NCBI GenBank assembly: GCA_944393125.1
Contig: CALXZB010000002.1
Coordinates: forward strand, 2,412 to 66,411
Reading direction: 5' to 3'
From: an uncultured Clostridia bacterium
GTDB taxonomy: Bacteria > Bacillota > Clostridia > TANB77 > CAG-508
Length of the DNA stretch: 64,000 nt
Shown: in pieces, positions 1 to 9,000 of the stretch
Layout of the letters: the number at the start of each line of letters is the position of its first letter
Position numbering within the stretch: the stretch's first letter is position 1
Notes under the pieces: generated by a model
Seen by the model: only the letters and a program-made list of their open reading frames with translations
What the model was told of the DNA's origin: nothing
Databases searched by the model: none
Program-made: the position numbers and the translations under genes

Positions 1-1759
1 CAACAATACATGCTGGTAAGACACGTAGAGGATCACTTGATGCAAATGGTATTGCTCCTTCTGAAATAAATGAAAGTCCCAAAATATAATTTAAAAGTGC
101 TGAACTTTTTTCTTTAGGATTGATTTTTTTAGGAAATATTGTTGCAAATATAGCTATAACAAGTGGTGCTACCATTCCTCCTGCCATTACTGCTGCCATG
201 ATGTCATAGTGTCCTTCAGCAAGCATACCAGTTCCAAAAGTATAAGCTGCTTTATTTACTGGTCCTCCTAAATCTATTGACATCATTCCTCCTAAAATTA
301 TTCCTAATATTACTTTATTAACTCCTCCCATATTATTTAAAGCGTTATTTAGCCATATATTTATCATTCCTATAAATGGGTTAATTAACATTATAATAAA
401 TCCTGTTAAGAGTATTCCAAATAAAGGATATAATAAAATTGTTTTTATTCCTTCTAAGGTCTTAGGAATTGCAGAAAAAATTTTCTTTAAGAATATTATT
501 ACATATCCTGCAATAAAACCAGCTAAAAGTGCCCCTAAAAATCCTGAACTTACTACTGTTATAGTAGTGTCTTTCAGACTTTGAATTGTAACTCCAGATA
601 TAGCAATTGCCCCACCTACAAAACCAGCGGCTAGTCCTGGTCTATCTGCAATACTATAAGCAATATATCCTGCTAAAACTGTAAGCATAAAACCAAATGC
701 TGAATTTCCAATAGTATTAAAAAATGCAGCAATAGGAGTATTTCTTCCAAATCCTGATGGATTTATTTCATAATTATCTAGTAAGAAAGAAATCGCTATA
801 AGTATTCCTCCACCTACTACAAATGGCAACATATGTGTTACCCCACTCATTAAGTGCCTATATATATTGCTTCCAATACTTGTTTTTTCTTCTTGACTAT
901 AAAAAATATCTTTTTCTTCCTTATCTGAATAATATATTTTTGCTTCACTAGATAATGCTTTTTCAATTAATTCTTTTGGTTTGTGAATTCCATCTGCTAC
1001 TCCTGTTCTTATTATTTTTTTACCATCAAATCTTGACAAGTCAACTTTTGTGTCTGCAGCTATAATTATTGCTTTTGCATTTTCTATTTCATCTCTACTT
1101 AGACGATTTTTTACACCCGATTGTCCTTGAGTTTCTACTTTTATTTTATGGTTTGTTTCTTTCCCGGCTTGTTCTAATGCTTCTGCTGCCATATAAGTAT
1201 GTGCTATTCCTGTTGGACAAGCTGTTATACATAATATTTCGTATGTTTGCTCTTTTTTAGCATCATTTATTTTTTCTTTAATATTAATTGTCTGTCCAAA
1301 TTTCGCATTTTCTGCCTCATCAATATATTTAATAAATTCATCTGGTGTTTTAGATAATTTTAGTTTCTCTCTAAATTCTTCATCCATTAATAATGTTGAT
1401 AATCTGCTTAATACATCTAAATGAATATTATCATTAGTTTCTGGTGCTGCTATTAAAAAAATTAGTTTTACCTTCTTATTGTCTAATGAATCAAAATCAA
1501 CTCCGTCAGGTATTACCATTGCAGATAAACTTGCTTTTTTTACTACATTTGTTTTTCCATGAGGAATAGCAATTTCTTCTCCTATCCCTGTGGTTCCTTG
1601 TTCTTCTCTTTTCATTACTATTTCTTTAAACTTTTCTTTATCTGTAATATTTCCTGTTTTATCTATTAAATTTATAACTTGATCTAATACATCTTGTTTA
1701 TTATGTGCTGATGCATTTAACTTAATTGATTTTTCATCCAATAAATCTGTTATTTTCAT
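1..1759 (-). CDS. fruA: PTS fructose-specific EIIABC component. It is partial: the N-terminal start is in the window and the C-terminal end runs off the left edge.
   Basis: The minus-strand translation from ATG 1757-1759 (RBS GGAGG upstream) gives MKITDLLDEKSIKLNASAHNK. This has an EIIA type-2 N-domain, an EIIB type-2 motif (ILCITACPTGIAHTYMAAEALE) and then hydrophobic EIIC segments. There is no stop before position 1. It overlaps and is coupled to the upstream 1-phosphofructokinase gene. Confidence 0.8.
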   Translation of the reverse strand, partial: MKITDLLDEKSIKLNASAHNKQDVLDQVINLIDKTGNITDKEKFKEIVMKREEQGTTGIGEEIAIPHGKTNVVKKASLSAMVIPDGVDFDSLDNKKVKLIFLIAAPETNDNIHLDVLSRLSTLLMDEEFREKLKLSKTPDEFIKYIDEAENAKFGQTINIKEKINDAKKEQTYEILCITACPTGIAHTYMAAEALEQAGKETNHKIKVETQGQSGVKNRLSRDEIENAKAIIIAADTKVDLSRFDGKKIIRTGVADGIHKPKELIEKALSSEAKIYYSDKEEKDIFYSQEEKTSIGSNIYRHLMSGVTHMLPFVVGGGILIAISFLLDNYEINPSGFGRNTPIAAFFNTIGNSAFGFMLTVLAGYIAYSIADRPGLAAGFVGGAIAISGVTIQSLKDTTITVVSSGFLGALLAGFIAGYVIIFLKKIFSAIPKTLEGIKTILLYPLFGILLTGFIIMLINPFIGMINIWLNNALNNMGGVNKVILGIILGGMMSIDLGGPVNKAAYTFGTGMLAEGHYDIMAAVMAGGMVAPLVIAIFATIFPKKINPKEKSSALLNYILGLSFISEGAIPFASSDPLRVLPACIV

Positions 1760-1761
1760 TA

Positions 1762-2694
1762 TTAACCTCCATCCTTTATTTTTGAATACTGATATAAAAT
1801 TTCATCTTTGGTCGCTAATTCTTTTGAAAAAGCACTAGCACTTCCTGCTGAAATCCCTAGTTTTAAAGCTTTTTCATAATCATCATACATAATAAATCCA
1901 GTCAGAAATCCTGCAACCATTGAATCTCCTGAGCCAACTGAATTTACTAATTGACCTTTTGGTGCTGTTGAGTATAAAATTTTTTTATCTTTTGTTAATA
2001 ATACTGCTCCAAATTGATCCATAGATATTAGTACATTTTCAGCACCATTTTCTTGTAATTTTTGTGCAAATGCTATAACTTCTTCTTTTGAGTTAATTTT
2101 AGTTTTAAATATTTCTTCTAATTCTTTTTTATTAGGCTTTACTAAAAATGGATTGTATTTCAAAGATGTCAACAAATATTTTCCTGTTGTGTCTACTACT
2201 ATTTTAATTTCCTTTTCTTTTGCTTTGCTACATATTCTTTCATATATATTTTCATTCATATTTCTTGCTATGCTTCCTGATATTACAATAAAGTCCCCTT
2301 TTTCTATTTTTTCTATTTTTTTAATTAACTCATTTACTTCTTCTTCAGAAATTTCCGGACCATCACTATTTATTGCAGTTTCTTCTATGATTTTTCCATG
2401 TGCATTTGTTTGTAGCTTTACATTAATTCTAGATGATTTATTTTTTATATATACAAAATCTGTTTTTATTCCTAGCTTCTCTATTTTTCTTTTTATTTCC
2501 TGTCCTGTAAAACCTCCTAAAAAGCCTAGTGCTATACTGTCAATTCCTAAATTTTTTAATACTATAGATACATTTATTCCTTTTCCTCCAGCTAATATTC
2601 TTTCTGCTTTTGCTCTATTTATTTCATTTATTTCTAATTTATCTACTTCTAAAATATAGTCTATAGCTGGATTAAAAGTTATTGTATAAATCAT
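1762..2694 (-). CDS. fruK: 1-phosphofructokinase (PfkB/ribokinase family)
   Basis: The 310-aa ORF starts MIYTITFNPAIDY. It has a GGKGINV motif near the N-terminus and a C-terminal VNSVGSGDSMVAGF anion-hole/ATP motif typical of PfkB-family sugar kinases. It sits immediately upstream of the PTS fructose EIIABC gene. Confidence 0.8.
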   Translation of the reverse strand: MIYTITFNPAIDYILEVDKLEINEINRAKAERILAGGKGINVSIVLKNLGIDSIALGFLGGFTGQEIKRKIEKLGIKTDFVYIKNKSSRINVKLQTNAHGKIIEETAINSDGPEISEEEVNELIKKIEKIEKGDFIVISGSIARNMNENIYERICSKAKEKEIKIVVDTTGKYLLTSLKYNPFLVKPNKKELEEIFKTKINSKEEVIAFAQKLQENGAENVLISMDQFGAVLLTKDKKILYSTAPKGQLVNSVGSGDSMVAGFLTGFIMYDDYEKALKLGISAGSASAFSKELATKDEILYQYSKIKDGG

Positions 2695-2771
2695 ATTTCC
2701 TCCTTTTTTAGATACAAAAAAATCTCGTAATAGAAATAATTTACTTTCATTATTTCCATTACGAAATTTAA

Positions 2772-4070
2772 TTATGCATTATTTTCATTTTTATAAGCTT
2801 TTACTTTTAAAATTCTTTTGTCTTCATATTCTTCTATCTTAAAAATTAGTTCTTCTGTTTCTATTACAGGATTTTCTTCATCTGTTGGAATTCTTCCTAG
2901 TTCTTCTTGTAAATATCCTGATAATGTATCATAATCTCCTTCTGGAATATTTGAAGACAATAACTTATTTACGTCATAAATTGGCATACTTCCTGATAAA
3001 ATATAAGTATTATCATCTATTTTTTCATATTCTTCTTCAATGTCATCATATTCATCAAAAATGTCACCAACTATTTCTTCAATAATATCCTCCATTGTAA
3101 TCAACCCAGCAGTTCCGCCATATTCATCTACTACAATTGCCATATGTTTTTTGTTTTTTTGTAATTCTTTTAATAATTCATTTATTAATTTATTTTGAGA
3201 TACAAAATATGCTTCTCTAACTATATTTTTTATTTTAAATGTTTTTTTATTAATATTTTTTATTATATCTTTTACATATAAGACACCTTTAATTTCATCT
3301 ATTGTTTCTTCATATACTGGTATTCTGCTATGCTTACAATCGTCTTTTATTATTTCTTCTAATAATTCACTTGGGCTCATATTTATATCAACAGCAAACA
3401 TATCTGTTCTATGTGTCATTATCTCTGAAGCTGTTATATCATTAAATTCAAACACATTATTTATAAGTTCTTTTTCTTCTTCCTCTATTGTACCATTTTC
3501 TTCACCTTGATCAACCATCATCTTTATTTCTTCTTCTGTAACTACTTCTTCATCATTTTCAGTAACTCCGAATAATTTAGAGATTGCATTTGTTGTAATT
3601 GTTAGTAATTTTACAAATGGTGAAGTTAAAGTTGATATTACTCTTATTATTCCTATTGTTGCAAAAGCTATTTTTTCATACTCCTTCATCGCTAACCTTT
3701 TTGGGACTAATTCTCCAAAAATAATTGTAAAAAATGATAATATAATTGTTATAAATACTATTGATATACTTTTCCAAATTCCTATCCCTATAGGGAATAT
3801 ATTATTTAAAGTTGGTGCAAGCATGTCTGCAAAAGTATCTGATGCAAATGCACTAGATAAAAAACCTGCTAAAGTAATTCCTATTTGTATAGTAGATAAA
3901 AATTTACTTGGATTTTCTAACATTTTATGAATTTGCTTTGCTTTTTTATTTCCTTCTTTTGCTAGTTTTTCTATTTTGTTATCATTTAATGAAATAAATG
4001 CAATTTCACTTGCCGCAAAAAATGCATTCAATCCTATTAATATTACTAATACTAAAATTTGTATTAACAT
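2772..4070 (-). CDS. Hemolysin-family membrane protein (CNNM/DUF21 transmembrane domain + CBS pair + CorC_HlyC C-domain, TlyC-like)
   Basis: The 432-aa ORF has an N-terminal multi-TM region (MLIQILVLVILIGLNAFFAASEIAF), central CBS-like repeats and a C-terminal CorC/HlyC-type domain (GRIPTDEE...ILKVKA). Confidence 0.75.
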   Translation of the reverse strand: MLIQILVLVILIGLNAFFAASEIAFISLNDNKIEKLAKEGNKKAKQIHKMLENPSKFLSTIQIGITLAGFLSSAFASDTFADMLAPTLNNIFPIGIGIWKSISIVFITIILSFFTIIFGELVPKRLAMKEYEKIAFATIGIIRVISTLTSPFVKLLTITTNAISKLFGVTENDEEVVTEEEIKMMVDQGEENGTIEEEEKELINNVFEFNDITASEIMTHRTDMFAVDINMSPSELLEEIIKDDCKHSRIPVYEETIDEIKGVLYVKDIIKNINKKTFKIKNIVREAYFVSQNKLINELLKELQKNKKHMAIVVDEYGGTAGLITMEDIIEEIVGDIFDEYDDIEEEYEKIDDNTYILSGSMPIYDVNKLLSSNIPEGDYDTLSGYLQEELGRIPTDEENPVIETEELIFKIEEYEDKRILKVKAYKNENNA

Positions 4071-4086
4071 TTATTCATACTCCTTC

Positions 4087-5013
4087 TTATAGTTGTCTTC
4101 TATCTATTGCATAGCAACTTCCCATTGTAGATTTTGCTACATGTTTTACTTGTGCTCCTATTTCTCCTATTTCCAAAATATTTGAAAATCTTCCTTTTTC
4201 TCCAATTACTACTCCTATTGAAATTGATGTTAAAGGAAATTGTTCTATAATACCTTTTCTATTTGCAACTTCTATATATCCTCTTTCTAAATCGTCATAT
4301 GTAAAAAACTTTGTAACCTCTTTGTCAAAAGTTACTATTATTTCTTGACATACTTCATCTACATTTATTGATGGTACTATTGCTACAAAGTCATCTCCTC
4401 CTATATGCCCTACAAAAGCACCATCTTCATAGAACTTATGAACACATTTTAATATTGTTTTAGCAGTAAATTCTATTATTTCATCACCTTTTAAAAATCC
4501 ATATACATCATTATATGCTTTAAAATTATCCAAATCTAAATATAGTACAGAAAATTCTCCTTTATTAGAAATTCTCTTTTTTAATTCTGCATGTATTTGA
4601 ACATTTCCTGGCAGACCAGTTAATGCGCTTATTCTTCTATTTATGTTTAATAATCTATTCAAATTTTTAATTGTATAATATAAGTAATTTGGATCAACTG
4701 GCTTTTTAATATAATATTCTACTGATTCTTCTAATACTCTTAGTCGGTGTTTTCTATCCGAATTTGATGATACCACAATTATAGGTGTTATTTTGTTATC
4801 TTCATCTGTTCTTATTTTTTTACAAACATCAACAACATCTCTATCTATTGCATCTTCATTTATTACTATTAGAAATGGTATATTTTTAAGAGCAACATCT
4901 ATTTCTTCTGTTTTTACACCTATAAATTTAAATTCTTGTTCATCTTTAAATAATTCTTTAAATATTGGCAAAGATGATTCATCATCATCTATTATATATA
5001 TTTCTTGCGTCAT
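4087..5013 (-). CDS. Response regulator with a receiver domain fused to a GGDEF-type diguanylate cyclase domain (GGDDF variant motif)
   Basis: The 308-aa ORF has an N-terminal REC-like region (IYIIDDDESS...FLIVINEDAI). Its C-terminal GGDEF domain carries HIGGDDFVAIV. Confidence 0.7.
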   Translation of the reverse strand: MTQEIYIIDDDESSLPIFKELFKDEQEFKFIGVKTEEIDVALKNIPFLIVINEDAIDRDVVDVCKKIRTDEDNKITPIIVVSSNSDRKHRLRVLEESVEYYIKKPVDPNYLYYTIKNLNRLLNINRRISALTGLPGNVQIHAELKKRISNKGEFSVLYLDLDNFKAYNDVYGFLKGDEIIEFTAKTILKCVHKFYEDGAFVGHIGGDDFVAIVPSINVDEVCQEIIVTFDKEVTKFFTYDDLERGYIEVANRKGIIEQFPLTSISIGVVIGEKGRFSNILEIGEIGAQVKHVAKSTMGSCYAIDRRQL

Positions 5014-5022
5014 ATTCTTCTC

Positions 5023-5958
5023 CTACTTATTATCAAATTTTACTTTACGTGTTTTTTGCAATCCATTCTCATTTGTTACTGTAACAATTATTCTATTTTC
5101 TTGTCCTTCTATCATAGTTATTTCACCATGGTATGTTTTCTCATTTACATCTATAACTTGTTTTTCTTCATTAAGTGTTATTGAAATTGTTTTTATATTT
5201 TCATCATCTTCAGCATCTATAACAAATGTAGCTTTTCCATTTATTAATTCTGATTTTATATTTAATGTTGGTTCTACATCTCCTACAACAGTTATTTCTT
5301 CAGTTGTTTTATTTCCAGTAACAGTTACTACTTCTATTTTTAATGTATGTCTTCCTGTTGGTGAATTCAATACTCCTTCATAATTTTTTTGTGCTATATC
5401 TATTTTTGTAATTTCTCCATCATCCCAACTATATTGTAAGTATTCTATTTCTTGTTCGCATTTTGCTGTAACTTTTACACCATTATCAACAGTATCAAAT
5501 TCTATTTGAGGTATACTATTTTCAATATACGTTTTTTCTAATTCTGTTCTTTGATTATTCTCATCTATTGCAACAACTGTTAATGTATTTTCTCCTCCTA
5601 TTAACTGTATAACTGCATTTACATTTTTACTATCTTCTGTTTCTATTTCTACTTCTTCTTCATCATTCCATCTATAAGTTAATGTTTTTATTTTTCTAAT
5701 ATTGTTGACAATAATATTTATTGTATTATCCTCATTTCTTTGTAAAGTTATTTCTGGTTTCATATTGTTTTCTACTGTTTCATTTATTTTTATTTTAGCA
5801 TACATACTTCCTATTGATATACATATTCCAAAAAGTATTATTCCAATTATAAAAAATATTACTACTGTTTTTATTGGTAATACTTTTTTTGTTTTTTTAA
5901 TTTTTTCTTTTGAATTTTTAATTACTTGTTCTTCTCCTGTAATTAATATTTGGTTCAC
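5023..5958 (-). CDS. Hypothetical membrane-anchored protein with internal ~70-aa repeats
   Basis: The 311-aa ORF has a lysine-rich N-terminus followed by one TM helix (VVIFFIIGIILFGICISIGSMYA). It has repeated modules (RWNDEEEVEIE / SWDDGEITKIDI ... TLTVVAID / TLKIEVVTV). No family could be assigned by eye. Confidence 0.45.
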   Translation of the reverse strand: MNQILITGEEQVIKNSKEKIKKTKKVLPIKTVVIFFIIGIILFGICISIGSMYAKIKINETVENNMKPEITLQRNEDNTINIIVNNIRKIKTLTYRWNDEEEVEIETEDSKNVNAVIQLIGGENTLTVVAIDENNQRTELEKTYIENSIPQIEFDTVDNGVKVTAKCEQEIEYLQYSWDDGEITKIDIAQKNYEGVLNSPTGRHTLKIEVVTVTGNKTTEEITVVGDVEPTLNIKSELINGKATFVIDAEDDENIKTISITLNEEKQVIDVNEKTYHGEITMIEGQENRIIVTVTNENGLQKTRKVKFDNK

Positions 5959-6050
5959 AAAATCACCCCATTGTTCTTTTGATACATTTACGATTATATC
6001 ATAAGCAATTTTAGTTGTAAATATTTATTTTTAGTTTTTATAATCAAATA

Positions 6051-6078
6051 AGAACCGGCTATTTTATATTCCGGTTCT
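6051..6078. terminator. Hairpin terminator downstream of adhesin gene 1
   Basis: agaaccgg-ctattttatatt-ccggttct is a perfect 8-bp stem with A/T-rich flanks. It lies just past the stop of the 6086..11659 gene. Confidence 0.5.
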
Positions 6079-6085
6079 TAGTCAT

Positions 6086-9000
6086 TTATATCACATATTT
6101 CTTTATTAAAAATATTCCAATAGCAATAATTCCTAATAATATTAAAATTAATTTAAAATATGTTTTTGCAGTACCTGTTGATATTACTAACATTACTTCA
6201 GCTATATCTATATCATCTTCTCCTTCTTTTTGATTATTAGGTGTTGAATCTCTATCAGGTACATTATATTCATTTTTATCCTCAGAAATTTCTACCATAT
6301 TTGTTTTTAATGCTAAGTTTTCAGAACCGTTTATCCAAGTTAATATAACTTCAACTGTTTTACTTTCACCTGGTTGTAATAATACATTTTCTAATTGTTT
6401 TGTAGAAACTACATTATTACCTTCATCTATCCAATTTGGATTATCATCTTGTTCAAATTTTAAACCTTCAGGTATGTAATCAGTTATTTCTGTTGCATAT
6501 CCTGGTATATCACCTTCATTTGTTATTGTAATTCCAAACCCAAATTTAACTGTAACTTCGTCTATTTTCTTTCTATGCAATTCTACTTTTACAATTGGTT
6601 CTGGATTTTCATGACCATTATATCCTGTTTTAGTAATTTTTTCTGTTCCATTTTCTTGCACTATAACTTTTGATACAAATTTTAATATTGATAAATCAAA
6701 ATATTCTACTTTTATATTTTCAATATCTTGATCATCTTCTCCATCATTCCATTTATCTGTTTGTGAATCTTTGTCTTTTATATGATTATTGTCTTTATCT
6801 CTATCATCAGATATTTGAGCATAATTTGTTATAATATACAAATTTGAATTTGGATCTTTTACTTTAAAAGATATTTTAATATCTCTGTAATATAATGTAT
6901 TTTGGTCAAATGCTGTAAGTAAATTATTTTTTCCATTTTCTTTTGACAAATATGTTGTTTTTACTTTTACAGCTTGTTCTGCATTTGCAGTTTCATTTCC
7001 GTTTTCATCATACATTTTCCACATATATTCTACATTTGTTGAATTTTCTGGCAAGTATTCTAAATATTCTGGAATATTGTCTGTTATTTCACTTGCATAT
7101 CCATCTATTTCACCTTCATTGTATATTCTTATAGTATATGTTACTATATCACCAACATGAACTGTTAAAGGTTCTTTAGTATGTTCATAAGAAATTACTC
7201 CATTTTCATTTTTTACTTGAGGGATTCTGCTTGTAATATCTTTATCTTGTACTTTTGTTATAAATTTTCTCAAAGCCAAATCAAATTCTTTCACATATAT
7301 TTTTTCAAAATCATCGTCATCTTCATTTCCTGGTACATATATATCATTTTCTAGTTCTTCCTTGTACTTTGGTAAATCTTCATCTTTTGGCAAATTTTTA
7401 TCAATGTTGTTAGACTCTGAATCTACATCTTTAGAATATACTATTTCACCATATTTGTATTCAGAAATTTCAGCTATATTAGTTATATTTTCTTTTGGAA
7501 TTGCATTTTCTAAAATCTTACATTCTATTTGTATATCTTCATAGTCTATTTTTGCTCCATCAAATGCTAGTAATTCTTTGTCTTTTAAATATGTAGTTAT
7601 TGCTATTCTTCCATCTTCTGCTATTTTCCACTTATACTTATTATTAATTGTACTATTTTCTACATATTCTAAGTATGGTGGTAAATAATCTGTTATTTCA
7701 CTTGCATATCCATCTATTTCTCCTTCATTATAAACCCTTATAGTATATATTATTTTATCTCCTGATTTTAAGCCTACAGGTACTTTTGAGTGATTATATA
7801 TAGCAGTTGTTCCTGTTTCATTTTGTAAAGGTGTTATATCTACTTTTGGCTCTCTTGAGTTTTCTAATACTTCATTATTTATTAATGTTATAAATTTTCT
7901 TAAGCTTAAATCAAATGTTTTTACACGTATTTTTTCAAAATCATCATCATCTTGTTGTCCTTCATAAAAATATTCACTATTTGATAATTCAGTTGGATTA
8001 TCATCATTTCCTTTATAATCTTCCATATTATCTTTTGATACTTTTGGATAATTTGCTGGTTCCGAGTCTATATCTTCTCCTATTTGTGTTGTTATTATTC
8101 TATTATCTTCTTTATTATATGCTTCATTTATCCAAGCAACATTTGTTAATATATTACTTTCATTAGCTTTTGCTGTATAAACTACTTTACATTTTAGCTC
8201 TATTGTTTCACTATCTAGTGTTCCATTTGTGTATGGATTTAGCTCTTGAGCTGGAGTTTCTTCTGTATTAATAATGTCAAGTATTACTTTATTTGTTGAG
8301 ACTTCATATGTTATTTTATATGTATTTTTCTTAACTCCATTTCCGTCTTTTGATATTACAGAAGTAGTTGGCATACATATTAATCCTTCTGGTAATTGAT
8401 CTATTATTTGACTAGCATATCCTGCTTTTTCACCTTCATTATATATTGTTATTGAGTAAGTTATAATATCATTTTCTTCAACTTCTAAAGGATCTTTTCT
8501 ATGCTTATATGTAGCTGTATTTTTTGTTTCAATTGTTTTTGTATCTATTTGTGGTACTCTTGTATTCATTCCTAATGTTGTAATTTCATTATTATTTATT
8601 TTTGTAATATACTTTCTTAAAGCTAAATCAAATGTTTTTTCTGGTATATGTGTATTTGTTATTATATATTTATTTTCATTATTTGAGTCTTTTTTTATTG
8701 TTGATGTATACCCTTTAACTGAAACTTCTTCAACTTCATAATTTATGTCTATTCCATTTTCTTTTACTGGTAAATCTGTAAAAATGTAATTCCAATTATT
8801 TTCTTTATTTAAAGTTGCTGATTGTACTATTTGATCTCCATTTTTTATATTTACTATTATTGATTGTGGTCTTATCTTATCATAGTCACTTTCGTCATCC
8901 CATATTTTTTCTACTTCAATACTCTTAGTTTTGGTTTCATGTTTATTTGTTATTATATATTCTGGTATAGAATTTGAATTATTATTTTTTACTATCATTG

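Noticed and set aside
2153-2659. 168-aa plus-strand ORF overlapping fruK
   Set aside because: It is antisense to a well-supported PfkB-family gene. It is low-complexity and hydrophobic, and typical of AT-rich antisense frames.
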